The translations under genes were made by a program, and so were the position numbers. A stretch of DNA of 63,995 nt, filler included, from Dugesia japonica (taxonomy: Eukaryota), in the NCBI GenBank assembly GCA_001938525.1. It is 5 parts of 5 records of this genome, joined end to end, with 100 filler letters (N's around TTAATTAATTAA, not from the genome) between each part and the next. Parts side by side here need not be neighbours in the genome. Positions count along the whole stretch, not along the records: positions 40,795 to 55,490 come from MQRL01607059.1; positions 55,591 to 63,995 come from MQRL01333648.1; 3 more parts are not named here. One strand, 5' to 3'. A model generated the notes under the pieces. That model was not told the DNA's origin, made no database searches, and was given only the letters and a program-made list of their open reading frames with translations. This document shows, one piece after another, positions 51,232-63,406 of this stretch. Numbering within the stretch: position 1 is the first letter of the stretch; every line of letters starts with the position of its first letter.

Positions 51232-52621
51232 CTATAAATTAGTTTTTTGTAATTCATTATCATAAAATCTACCTAGAATCTTTTCATTATCCAAATCAGT
51301 AATTCCATAAGTAAATGGTTTTGTTTTGTATACTTTTGTAACAATAAATATTTCACTTGTCCACTTTGCTGTAAATCCTTTTTCAAATTTGTACTTGTAT
51401 TTAAAAATTCTAACTCGGTCTCCAATTTTAAATTTCTGTTTATATTCCAGATATTCATTTTCATTATTATGTTTATTAATAATTTCTTTTATTACATTTG
51501 GATTTTTAGATGCTTCTNNNNNNNNNNNNNNNNNNNNNNNNNNNNNNNNNNNNNNNNNNNNNNNNNNCTTTTATTACATTTGGATTTTTAGATGCTTCTT
51601 TTGGTGTAACTTTAATACTAGAATGAATTGTATTATTATATCCATTTACAATCTTTTGTAACAAATTATTATCCCAATTTTGATGGCCAATCAAGGTAAA
51701 ATGTTTAAATAATTTATTTTTTAGTGTCCTATTAAATCTTTCAACAAAAACTGCTTTTCCTTCATTTTCAGTAGAATACAAATTAATATTATTTTGTTGG
51801 CAAAAGGATTTGAATATTTTATNATAAAATTCACTTCCTTTATCTACCCATAAATTATTTGGTATTCTATTATTTTCTTCAATAATATTTTCAAATGAAT
51901 TTGTTATTTCTTGACCAGTTTTATTACTACATATTTTTACAAAACCAAATCTTGTATACAAATCTATTACTGCCAAAATTATTTTCTAGTTGGGCATAAA
52001 AATTAAATCTGCTGACCAAGTTTCATCCTTGTCAATTATTATTACTTTTAGAAAATGTTTTGGTTTTCTATATTCTTTATGTAATTCGTTTGCTAATATG
52101 GAGCGAACGGAGTGAGCTCCTTGTTCATTTAAACCACCACCAATCATTATTTTTCCCTTCATGGCCAACTTTACTAAATTTCTTTGAATCTTTTCTGTTA
52201 TAGTTGGATTTTCAATATTATTCAAATCATGTATTAAATTTACATCAGCAATATGGCGATCTCTAATGTCTGTTGAATTGTAACTAATATCATGTTTTAA
52301 AGCTGCTGCATCTACTCTATTAATTGGTTCTTCTCCTGGTTTGGGCTCATTGTTTTCATCTAATATTAAATCTAATCTAGTTCCTGGTCCAGTATAATTG
52401 TGTTTAAACAAGTGTCTTTCTCCTGGATATTTTTCTGTAGTAAATGGTTTTAAAATTGTTGATGTAAATTTAGAAGATTGTAAATCTACGGAGCCTCCAG
52501 CGCCTCCGGTAATGATTCCTCCAGTTGGTCTAGTTTTTTCACCTTTACAATATTTTATATGTCGTGATTTGTTACTTTTGCTCCTATCTTGATTACATTT
52601 AGGACAATTAAAAGTTTCCAT
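51232..52621 (-). pseudogene. Zinc finger - parvovirus-type phospholipase A2 - retroviral-type integrase fusion
   Basis: CPKC...HIKYC; NYTGPG...DAAALKHDISY...HIAD; LANELHK...WSADL, one in-frame TAG (51986-51988), VIDLYTRF...WVDKGSEF...VERFNRTLK...FKIGDRVRI...FEKGFTAKWTSEIF...GRFYDNELQ. Confidence 0.92.
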
Positions 52622-52697
52622 TTTTTATAAAAGATTTTTTATAAAGATTTTTAAAAAGTCTGTCACACAGTCACTACAGTCACATCAGTCTTTTTTT

Positions 52698-53845
52698 TTA
52701 CTTGATTTCAGTTCCTTTAATATTTTCTACAAACATTACTTTTCCATTAGATATTTTAAATTCTACATGTTTTTCTTGTAATATTAACACATATAAATCT
52801 CCAGTTAATTCTGTATCCTTTGTTATGTAACATGTAACATCTACATTATTAATAGTTAATTTATCATCTTGTGCTGAAGTATCAAAACAAAATATTGGAT
52901 ACAAACTTGTCCATTGGTTTATTGTCAATTGTGGTCTAGAATTAAATGCTACACACATGTCTATATAATTTTGATATGGAAATATTGTATTCTTACTATC
53001 AAATTCAATTCTAGTATTTGGGTAATATGTATTGTTTAATTGTAACTGTATATTTTTTAAATAATAAAAATCTGTATATTTTTTAAATAATAAATCTACT
53101 GGTGGAACTGCATTATTTTTTACTTTTTTAGTGATTGAACTACTTAGAGAAAACAAGTTATTATTTATTGTAAAACCAGGATTTGTTGATTTGAATCCTA
53201 CAATTACAAATCTTGGTCTATAGGGTAAATTTCCCAGTTTGATTGAAAAATTTGAACCATTAGATATTGAATTTTTATTTACATCTCGCTCAACAAAGGA
53301 AACTTGAATACCTTTATTTGTTGCTAGTCTTTCAAAATAGTTTAATTCTGTTCTAGGATTTAAAGTCCATTCTGCTATGTGTAGTTCCAAAGTTTTTACT
53401 TCAATTTTACCTCTTTTATTAAAAAATATCAACTCATCTTGAACATTTCTATTTAAATCTAATTGTATAAAAACATTAAATAACAATCTATTATAATTTT
53501 GAACAAATCCAAACAAATTACATAGAGGAAAATAACCAGATGAAAAGAATCCCTTTCTAATTTGAAAACTAGGATCATCATCTTTACCATTTTTAGTTTC
53601 AGGTGCCCATCCATATGCAATTGAAGATTTTAAACAGGCTTCATCTATTTAAATTAAATTTAACATTGTAGAAGCTATTCCTGGATTTTCAATACTTTCT
53701 ATTGTAGATGATCCTAATTTTAATCTCATACTACTAAATAAACTGGGAAACCAATCATTTTCAAGAATAGCATCCTTTGGATCTATTTCAATTTTGTAAT
53801 ACAATACAAAGCTTGTCATCGTAGCTAATGGATCCGATTGGATGA
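52698..53845 (-). pseudogene. Double jelly-roll major capsid protein, N-terminus truncated
   Basis: FPLCNLFGFVQNY...RPRFVIVGFK...QLNNTYYP...LYPIFCFDTSAQ; frame extends upstream past one TAA (~53650) to IQSDPL. Confidence 0.9.
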
Positions 53846-54537
53846 ATCACGAAACACTTGAGATATGGCTTTAGAAAATATAGAAGAGTTGAATTACTTA
53901 ACCTAAAAAATACCATGGAACCAGGATTCAAAAGTACCATCACTGCTTATATTTGATATGCATCGCTCATATCTCGTCACTTTTACCCTTGATAAAATTA
54001 ATAAAGAATCAAAAATTGCTATTATTCCGGCCGGATTAACATCAAAGATGCAGCATTTAGACCTTACTGTTAACCGATCGTTTAAGTCAAAATTGCGTAA
54101 GAAGTGGGAGAACAGAATCATCAAAGATTATGAAAATATTAAATATAAAGTCGGGGAATATGAAAAGCGCTGACTGGGATACTATTTTTGACTGGATTCT
54201 CTCCTCATTGAAAGAAGTTAACATTTCGACCATTTTGAATGGCTTTCGTGTTTCTTTCGGTGATAGTGACGATGTTCTTGAATTTGAAGAAAATTAAATG
54301 AATATGAATGAGTCTGATCAAAATATTCTTGACGTTCCTGAATTTATCGAATTGAAAGAAAATTTTACCGATATTGATGATGAAAACAATGATGGTTTTG
54401 AAGAGTGTGATGTTAAGAAAAAGAAGGTAAATAAATAAGTGTTTTCGAATCAGACTGTTTTTTATTCGTATTAGCTGCAACCCATAAATGTTGTTTTATG
54501 CACGTATATGCTGCAGTTTATACTCGGGAGTTTACAG
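53838..54537 (+). mobile_element. pogo-family transposon 3' remnant
   Basis: WMNHETLEIWL...SLLIFDMHRSY...IIPAGLTSKMQHLDLTVNRSFKSKLR (DDE_1); terminus TTATACTCGGGAGTTTACAG followed by TA. Confidence 0.85.
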
Positions 54538-54912
54538 TAATTATTTTTAATATTCGTTATTCGTAAAATAAATTTAACTTGACGGTTTAAGTCAAAATAA
54601 CCAAAAAAATTTAATTGCATTTTCGATGAAATTTTAAATGTACTACAATGGCTTCAGTTTAATTAGATTTCATCAGTAGAAGATAGTTAAACGTGATAAT
54701 TAATTTCTACAGTTAATAATATAAGTACCGTTATTATTCTGTGACCANNNNNNNNNNNNNNNNNNNNNNNNNNNNNNNNNNNNNNNNNNNNNNNNNNNNN
54801 NNNNNNNNNNNNNNNNNNNNNNNNNNNNNNNNNNNNNNNNNNNNNNNNNNNNNNNNNNNNNNNNNNNNNNNNNNNNNNNNNNNNNNNNNNNNNNNNNNNN
54901 NNNNNNNNNNNN

Positions 54913-54976
<64 letters not shown>

Positions 54977-55008
54977 TTGAAAAATTATTTAAACTAAATA
55001 TTACTCAC

Positions 55009-55490
55009 GGTTCATTAACTATGTCTTGATAATCCATTAAAATCTGTTTATTTTTATCTATTATTGAACTAGTAGTTGTCGGTAAAGTTGAATTGATAAT
55101 CTAAAATGCAGAAGAAAGGTGATTGAAATGTTAATTATTAAATTATCTACTAACATTGATTATTGGACAATGCCAAAACCGATTTTTATTTGAACCTGGA
55201 AAATAATAACATTTCAGAAATTTTCTCGTAAAAATAATGAAGATTCATAAAATAAAACCTTACTTATTTTACTACACTCATATTGATTATATGTTTCATT
55301 AATACAACTATATCCAATTGGCTTATCAACACAATTCTCACTGTTTGTGCATAATTTTGAACTGTATTCACATTCATTTAGATAAACCTAGAAATATTAT
55401 AAGCTCGTGAGATTATGCATATCTATTTACTAATTCATTAGGAATATTTTCAAATGACCATTGACCAGACCCAACAGACCCTTGAAGATA
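55009..55490 (-). CDS. Host gene fragment with an EGF-like domain (exons 55431-55490, 55264-55387, 55155-55195, 55009-55100)
   Basis: GT-AG introns of 43, 68 and 54 bp keep the frame: YLQGSVGSGQWSFENIPNEL/VYLNECEYSSKLCTNSENCVDKPIGYSCINETYNQYECSKI/SSNKNRFWHCPIIN/IINSTLPTTTSS... Confidence 0.75.
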
Positions 55491-55711
55491 NNNNNNNNNN
55501 NNNNNNNNNNNNNNNNNNNNNNNNNNNNNNNNNNTTAATTAATTAANNNNNNNNNNNNNNNNNNNNNNNNNNNNNNNNNNNNNNNNNNNNCAATTGAAAA
55601 TGTTCATACCAATATGGAAAAACGGTACTTTCCGGTTATCTCGACCTCATCAAAAATTTTAAATAAAAATTTAATAAATAAATAATAAAATTGTGTACTT
55701 TTTAACGATAC

Positions 55712-55932
55712 TTTTTTAATATCTCTATCAACGACAATTCCATCTTCAGAATTAATCATTAATCCGGAATTAAGTGTCGACAATTTGTCAGAAACAACAT
55801 AAAATCCATCGACAATCGATTTCTAAAATTATCCAAAATGAAAATTTTACATCTAATCAATATGAAATTAATTACTTTCACAGTTCGAACGTTTCCAATT
55901 TTGCTAGCTTCTTTATCATTTTCGGATTCCAT
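55712..55932 (-). CDS. Possible first two exons of a host gene (55876-55932, 55712-55822)
   Basis: ATG exon, 53-bp GT-AG intron, frame kept: MESENDKEASKIGNVRTVK/KSIVDGFYVVSDKLS...; no domain recognised. Confidence 0.4.
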
Positions 55933-56649
55933 TTACAATTAAATAATTAAAAAAAATAATTCGATTATTGTTTTCAGTTTAATTAAACTTAGAAGAAAAT
56001 CTAAAAAAAAATTATTGAAATCTATAAATTCTTTTGACAAAATGAAGGTTTTGTTGATTATTAAAAATGAAAAAATCATTTTATATAAGAAGAATGATAA
56101 TTTTATTCTAATTCAGTTTAAAAATAACAAAAAACCTTATTTATCGCAAAACGTGCTTTTTTCGAAAATATTTTAAATTTACTATTTTAAGCAGAATAAA
56201 TTTTTTAAATTATGCAAAATTTACCGTAGTTATACTTTTAATAAAACGATGTGTATAAAGAAACAATATTTTTAAAATAAAATAAAATTTATTTAATGAA
56301 AATGAAAATTTCTTACACAAAATTTGTATATTTTAACTGTGTGATAATTTTACAATTTTTTGTTAATTTTTTATAGAATTATTGATTATTAATGTTGATT
56401 TCTTATGATAATCATCTGCCATTTTCAATAAGAAATTATAGTTTTGATAAATTTACCAGTATTTCTTCAAATTCTATAAATAATTCTTTTATTTTATTGA
56501 TTTATATCAAAACATTTACTATAACATCCAATTAATTAAACAAAAAATAATTAATAACAGAATTAAAGGATTAAATTTGTCCGATTTCAACGATATCACT
56601 CATTTATTATGCTGGTTTTCGATGCGCTGAATAAAACATATAGATTAGA

Positions 56650-57050
56650 GATTTATAGCAAATGGATTTGATGGAAATAATACATTATTGTAGAATTAAT
56701 AAGGGTTACGAGTATATTTTAATACGTATCAAGGCTTTTAGTAGATTGACAAGAGCTGTTCCTATAAAATCAAAACCTGCTAATTAAAAAGACGTGGCAA
56801 TAAAGATAATGTTTTAAGATAGTCAACCAGATATTTCACAAACTAATATGGTTAAAGAATTCTACCATTCAAAAGTCAAGAATATTATTAATAATCTCAA
56901 GATCAACCATAATTATTTATTTTGACTATACATAGTAGTATTTGTTAAAAGATTGAATTTAAAATTGAAAGATGTATTCAAAAAGTACTTTGCACATACT
57001 GGTAATAAAATTTAGATAAACTTATTACCGAAAATAATTAATAGTTATTA
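56650..57050 (+). pseudogene. Maverick-type integrase fragment
   Basis: QMDLMEII...NKGYEYIL...FSRLTRAVPIKSK...EFYHSKVKNIINNLKINH...KKYFAHTGNK...LLPKIINSY. Confidence 0.7.
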
Positions 57051-57259
57051 TTAGTATCCAGAACTAAAATTAATTTAATAAAATTATATTATAATAAACC
57101 GTGCCAATTACTCACAAATTGCTATATTAAAAAAGTAAAAATAAGTGATGCAATTAGTCGAGAATTATGTTACATCATTCATTTTACAACGCTTTTACCA
57201 GACACATCAATCACAGCATACATATAGTAAAATCAATCATAGTACGCTTATAAGTCAAA

Positions 57260-57930
57260 TCAATATATAATTTTCAGATTAATATCGTACTCACATTTCT
57301 CCGTGCGATATGGTGTAAACCATTCGATATTTTGAAAATTTTCAGTACCATCAGTTTTTCTAATTTTATAGCTCCTTGTATGAAGTTTATAAATTACAGT
57401 ATATTGACCATAGTATATATTTTCTTGTTTATTTCTAACATCAATTTTATTCCAAACTTTGACACAAATTTGGAAACTTCTTTCTGTATTATTGTACATT
57501 TATGGGATTTACGTTTGATACGTATTTTTATAATCTTCATTTGATTCGATACATCATCATTGGTTTAAAATTTATTTGAGCTTTCAAATATATCTATACT
57601 TAGCTTTTTTCAATAATTATTTATGCAGGACTTATTTTAGTACTGTTATGAATGGTCAAATTTATAGCAAGTTCTATTTGAGGTAAAAGTTCTTATCAAT
57701 TTTTAAATAATTGATCTTCGACACAGCAATATCTCGTTTGAAATTGCCGTTCTGTTTGCCCATTTGCTTGATGGTGGTTTGGACTAGAATAATCTATTTT
57801 AAAATTAAACGCGTTTGCTACATCTTTGAAATTTGATCATAAAAAGCATTTTCCATGGTCAACATGAATCGATTTTGGTGAGCCAAACTTCACATACCAA
57901 CACTCACTTAAAATTTTGATTTAAGATCTA
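57260..57930 (-). pseudogene. Gypsy integrase remnant
   Basis: KFGSPKSIHVDHGKCF...SSPNHHQANGQTERQFQT and a GPY/F-like C-terminus. Confidence 0.8.
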
Positions 57931-58299
57931 TCATCTTGATATATATTTATTGTAACGATATTATAAAATTTTTTTTATTAATCTGTAACAGATTATTTAG
58001 ATTGATTTTATTTTTATTAAAAAACTTTTATTTTTGTTTATTGTGAAAACTACACTTTGCGTGTTTTTTCACTTTTTTAAAATTTTTAATCATTGATCTG
58101 TGAATTAAAAAATTAAATATTTTCAAAATTACGAAAGTTAACCAAGGCGTAGATCAAAATAGTTTCAAAAAAAATGTTTCTTTTTAAACATTTTTTTTTA
58201 AAATAACAAAATTTTTTTTAAAAAAACGTTTGTAGTTTTTCGCAAATTTTTGGCAAAAGAAATTTTATTTACACTAAAAACTGGAGATAGGAAAAATTG

Positions 58300-58653
58300 T
58301 CAAGATCCCAAAGTGTGTGTATACTTATCAATCATCAGGGGGTCCAATGGTTCCCTTTTACGTAGTTCTAACACATCGGTAATCAGATTATTTTCACGGT
58401 CGTGTAGGTACCGGATAGCATCGGAAAACGATTCCAATTGATTTTTCCAAAGGCATTTCTGTGAGTGCGAAGCCTCTGCTTCTAGCCAATATTCACGACA
58501 GCGTATCTTATTTCTCTGGACTTTAGCCTGGGTAGCAGCTATATCGGCCACCATTATTGGCAATACCTTTATTATGATGAACCCAATCATGACACTGCCA
58601 ACTGGATTTTTATTAACTTTCGTTCTGAGCATGCCTTCAAAGCTAAGGCGCAC
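58300..58653 (-). CDS. Orphan ORF divergent from the PolB remnant
   Basis: 117-codon, GC-richer ORF with one hydrophobic segment; non-ATG start (internal ATG available); AATAAA downstream. Confidence 0.3.
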   Translation of the reverse strand: MRLSFEGMLRTKVNKNPVGSVMIGFIIIKVLPIMVADIAATQAKVQRNKIRCREYWLEAEASHSQKCLWKNQLESFSDAIRYLHDRENNLITDVLELRKREPLDPLMIDKYTHTLGS

Positions 58654-58932
58654 CTTGCGAATGATTTATAAACAAAGAAATCCCGCCAGACTGAGACTGA
58701 TGATAGATCAGTAATGATAGAAGTAATGGATGGAGCAAGGTAGATAAGATGTCGGATGTTAGATGTTGGATGTGAAATGTGAGATGTGAAATGTAAGAAT
58801 ATATCGATTTAGATGGGAGCCAACGAATGGAGCAAGGTAGATGAGATGTGAAATGTGAAATGTTTCCTCTTAAAGATTTCACGATTTTAGAGGATAAAAA
58901 ATATAAATCTTATCAAATTGTAAATAAGAAAA

Positions 58933-59827
58933 ATGGTTGGTGTGAGATGCGGCAATTGTGGTAAAATATTTAAAAATGAAAAAGGTTTAAAAAGTCATCT
59001 TACATCAAAAACATGTACAAGACCAAAAATAAAAATATATGAATGTGTAAAATGTAAAGAAAAATTTGAAACTGCAATAGGTTTAAAAAGACATTAAATC
59101 TACAAAATGTGGAATATTAAATTTAAGATCTTTATATTGTGAGATTTGTAATAAAAGATTTGAAAGAGCAAACTATGCACGATTACATTTTACAAGTAAA
59201 GAACATATTGAAAAAGTTAATTTATTTTTAAATCCAATTGAAAAGAAAAAAGAAGTTGTAGATCCAAATCAAAAAATGAAAGATATGTTTGATGAATATG
59301 CTTATCCAGAATATGAAATTGTAACATGTTTAGAAAGTATATTAATAATGTCAAAAGATATTACTGAAGATGAAACAAAAATAATTTTAGATTATGAAAG
59401 TGAGATTACAAATATAATAAGAAAGTTTTACATGTTAAAAGGTCAATGTAAAATAAAAATAACTGGATATGGNNNNNNNNNNNNNNNNNNNNNNNNNNNN
59501 NNNNNNNNNNNNACATTTAATTCATATGCAACAAATCAAATTTATACAAAATATGGAATTAAGAAAAAAGTAATTAAGACATTAGAAAAAGTTCAAAAAT
59601 ATATGGAAGATGAAGATAAGAAAAAATCTAATTGGAATTTAGATTACATCAAAAGTTTTAAAATTGAAATGGTAAGATATAAATCTTTAGCTGGAGCTGA
59701 ATATGTAAAATTGCCATTTGTAAAACGTGGAGTGGTAAATATTGAAAATGATGATGATAAATGTTTTCTGTATTCAATCTTAGCTCACAAACATCATGTT
59801 GATGATCATCCAACACATGTTACATGA
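58933..59827 (+). pseudogene. N-terminal part of another Polinton pPolB (three zinc fingers plus pre-exonuclease region)
   Basis: CGNC..H..C, CVKC..H, CEIC..H..H; YEIVTCLES (cf. YEIKTCQET at 45 kb); SNW...YKSLAGAEYVKLP...VVNIENDDDKCFLYSILA. Confidence 0.85.
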
Positions 59828-61439
59828 TAAATACAAAATACAAAAAATAAACCATAATGATAAGCAAAGTGAAAATAATAAAATAAAAACTCCAAACATA
59901 AGGAAAACAAACAAGCACTAGAGCTGCGAAATTCGAGTCACTGCCTCCATTCAGAATATCTGTTTTAATTGATTGTCACCAAGGTAAATCCTCAACTCAA
60001 GTATTTCAAATATTATTTTATAATAAATTTTCAAACTTAAATTTTAAATTAATAATTTTATTTTTGAAAATGTTTCAAAAAACATTGAACTCTATTTGTG
60101 AATTTGATTCTTTTACTACTATAATGATCAACACGTATCATCACCATGAAATAAATTTCCAGATAATTGATTTTCCTCTGTAGGTAAAATATTTCTGTAT
60201 TACTTTTTTAAAAATTTAATCTTTTTATTTATAAATGTTTTATTATTACTAAGATAGATAGTGAAATCATAAATATTAAAACAAACATTCATTTTTCATG
60301 GATTGCCGATTCTCAAATTATTGATCTTAATTTCTAAATCAATATTTATAAATAATTTATCAAATAACGTTTTTAACAATGCTAGTTATGACCATTTATG
60401 TAAACAATTTTACCAAAATAAATAAATTAATTAATATGTTTTAACAGAATTCTCATAAACAAAAATATAAGAATCCTTCACAATCGGCTTAAGATCGAAA
60501 TGATCATAATTCTCTAATAACTCCTTCAAAAAATCAACGTTTGAGTTCAAAAAACCTGTAACTGCATTCGAAAATGCCACTTTTGGTATCAAATAATTAC
60601 CTAGAAAACATCAACAATATTAGAAATTTAAAAATATGGTTGAATTACATTATTTATTATATTTACTAATACTTTATTTTGAATTTTTTCGTTAAATATT
60701 ACGTTAAATATTCATAACTATACATAGGGCTTATACCAATACACAGTACTAGATCTAGCTACAAGCTGAGTAGACAGTTACATTACTTCTACTTTCAAAA
60801 AAACATTCTATAAATCAGAAAATCTACATTTGTATGGATTTTTTTGTGAGGATGAATAACGTTTTGATAAATATTTTACTTTAATTAAAATTTTTATGAA
60901 ATTTACCGTTAGATCGATTATTCATTTTCATAAATAATTGTAAATACAAGAAAATATCAATAAAATAATGCAGAAGAATATTGAGGATAATAATTTACGA
61001 AACGACAACAGTTTTCGTTTTGTATATAACCGCGGTGAAAAACAGAAATTCGATTGTAGCCACAACTAATAATAGTTCCTAAAGAAGGCATAGCCAAAAT
61101 ATTGAAAATAGAAGAACAACAATTTTGATCTTGCCTGGAAAGTTTTAAATAAAAAAATTTTCATGAAAATAAGTTAGTCATTTGTGGAGATATTCGATTC
61201 TGACAACAATTATTATCTTAAGCAAAAATGTGTTAATTTGATGATTTAAGAGCTTCACAAAGGATTAAAAGATTTAAAACTCCAATTTTTAATTAAATAC
61301 AAATAACTTTTAGATTTTTTTGAATAAAAAAATCGATTCTTCAAGCTATTTAGTTTGATCTGCAATCCGCTACAAATTATAGTTAAAATAATATTAGGTC
61401 ATTCAGTAAGTAATGGCGGATTTTTCAAAAGTTCAGAAT

Positions 61440-61930
61440 TTCAAGAATATCTCTAAAGAATAATCGCACCATTACTTGTAATAAAGTCCGTATCATAACC
61501 GTAAACGTTCTGCACAATAGTTATCAGTTGATGAGTCCATAAACAGTTGCCGAAAATGAAGCTCCATTTGAAAAAGTCGATGCTTACTGTGTGATGGTCA
61601 ACTGTGAGAGTTATTTACTTTTCTCACATCCAGCCTAGCCAAACAATCACTGCGATATTGTACTGTGAGTATTTGGAGGAATTGCACAAGAAATTGTGCA
61701 AAAACGCAGCTTTAGTAAATCGAAAGTGTCCAATAATCCTTACCTACAACTCACATCTCCACGTTTCATAAATGATCCCACCATATTCAGCGAACCTGAC
61801 TCCTAGAGATTTCCTATTAATTTAACATCTTGATCACTTCTTGAAGGATAAAGTGTTCAGAAATCAAGATTTTTTCAAATGGGAATCAATAAACTTTCAT
61901 GCCGATTCCAATGATGATTATTTTCTAGTT
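61440..61930 (+). pseudogene. mariner transposase remnant
   Basis: NRKRSAQ...QTITAILYCEYLEELH...LVNRKCPII...PPYSANLTPRDF...HLDHFL. Confidence 0.7.
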
Positions 61931-61979
61931 TCTCCATTAACTTTTGACATTCAACTTTTAATGTTTGTAAGAAAAGTAG

Positions 61980-63170
61980 CTATCCGTCTCGAGATTCAAC
62001 TTCTCTAAACGTTTCGAACCATCTCCACACTGCTACGATTTTCTGTCCGTATTCTTCTACCGTGTTGAGTTCGGTAATTTTTTCATCTGTGTCTTCCAAA
62101 AAATCCAACATATCGTGTCCTAATTTCAAAGAAACGACGTCCTCGTTGGTATTTGTTTGTAATTCCTTCTTAATTAATCTTTGGTATATTATTGCTTTTT
62201 GTGTTTCGTTAACTATCTTTTTTAATCGTTTTCGTAGAATCTCTGTACACGGCGAATGTGCTTCCTTTGTCCGTTTCACCTCATGATTCCCGTTTACTGC
62301 ACTTTTTACACCTTGTTGTACTTGATTTATTAGTGCTTCATCTTGTCTCTCTAAATCACCCTCTCTTTTCGAAAAATCGACGTCCTCGTCGATTCAAGAC
62401 TGCCACTTGATACGATAATGTTGCTTTTTCCTTTTCCGTTGTGTCATTACTTTATGTAGTTCGTTAACTGTTCTCTCTAATTGATGTCGCATTATCTCTG
62501 TAAATATTAAACACAACGTTTTGAACACATTATTTGGTATTGGTAACTCGATTATTTCATCGTCTGTTTTACATCGGAGATATCGCTAATTATCCTGGAC
62601 AGGATGGTTCCTCAACCAGCTTCTCTTTCGTGCTATTATAATTAGTGAGTCTTTAACCTAAATTTGTGTCTTTTGGAATAATTTATCACATAAATTCTTT
62701 AAGTCTTCCGCCACAATTGGACATTAAGTTGATTTCTTTGATATATATCGGTTACAATTCTGAGCATCTAGCTGTTCTGGATTCGTATCTATCATATCCC
62801 ATATTTTCTCTTCAGCTTCTTTCATTTGTAGTTCCATTATTTTTACACATTTCAGACATACCTCTTAAAACTTATTTTCAGTTATTACGATCTTGGTTTC
62901 TATTCGATTTTTATTACAATTATTGCATCTAATTTCACTTGGAGTCTGGTTTTCTGGTAGTTCCCATTTCTTTTGTTCCACTTTGACCCATGATGTCTGA
63001 ATCTATTTCCGTAGATAAATTTGACAATTTCCACATAATTTCTTTGCTGTTGTCATGTCAATTGGACATTTCTTAGGTCTGAAGTTTTAAAAATTTCCTT
63101 CCAAGTTACATGGTGAATGTGCTTCTTTGTTTTTGTCGATCTTGAATCGATTTGGTTTGTTGGGGTCCGA
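61980..63170 (-). pseudogene. Unidentified repeated ORF family, decayed
   Basis: Homologous to 15975-16460; internal repeat KEAHSPC at ~63120 and ~62260. Confidence 0.6.
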
Positions 63171-63406
63171 CCTAAAACGGGGAAAAGTGACTGGGGAAAA
63201 AACAGTCCTCAGGGGAACCCTTTCAAGAATTTAATACTACTGTCCCAAAAGTAGGCTTTCAGTCTGCTGCGGTTGACCTCACTCTTGAGGGGAGGTGCAC
63301 ACCAACAAACCTTTGGTTCGGGTTCTATATATTTTCCCTTATACTAATCTACGATAATTAAAACTCTTTATTTTACTAATATAAATATTTATTAACAATA
63401 GCACAT

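Larger units (their letters stand above)
43190..53845 (-). mobile_element. Endogenous Polinton/Maverick (adintovirus-type) virus core, both ends truncated
   Basis: Tightly packed, intronless, co-oriented MCP, PLA2-integrase, ATPase, pX-like, penton, protease and pPolB genes. Confidence 0.95.

Noticed and set aside
51986-51988. Programmed readthrough between PLA2 and integrase
   Set aside because: The TAG lies inside the integrase core after the first catalytic Asp, and neighbouring genes have similar random stops; decay is more likely
60430-60600. Possible terminal host exon on the minus strand (NYLIPKVAFSNAV...)
   Set aside because: Single acceptor and short frame, with no supporting exons or domain
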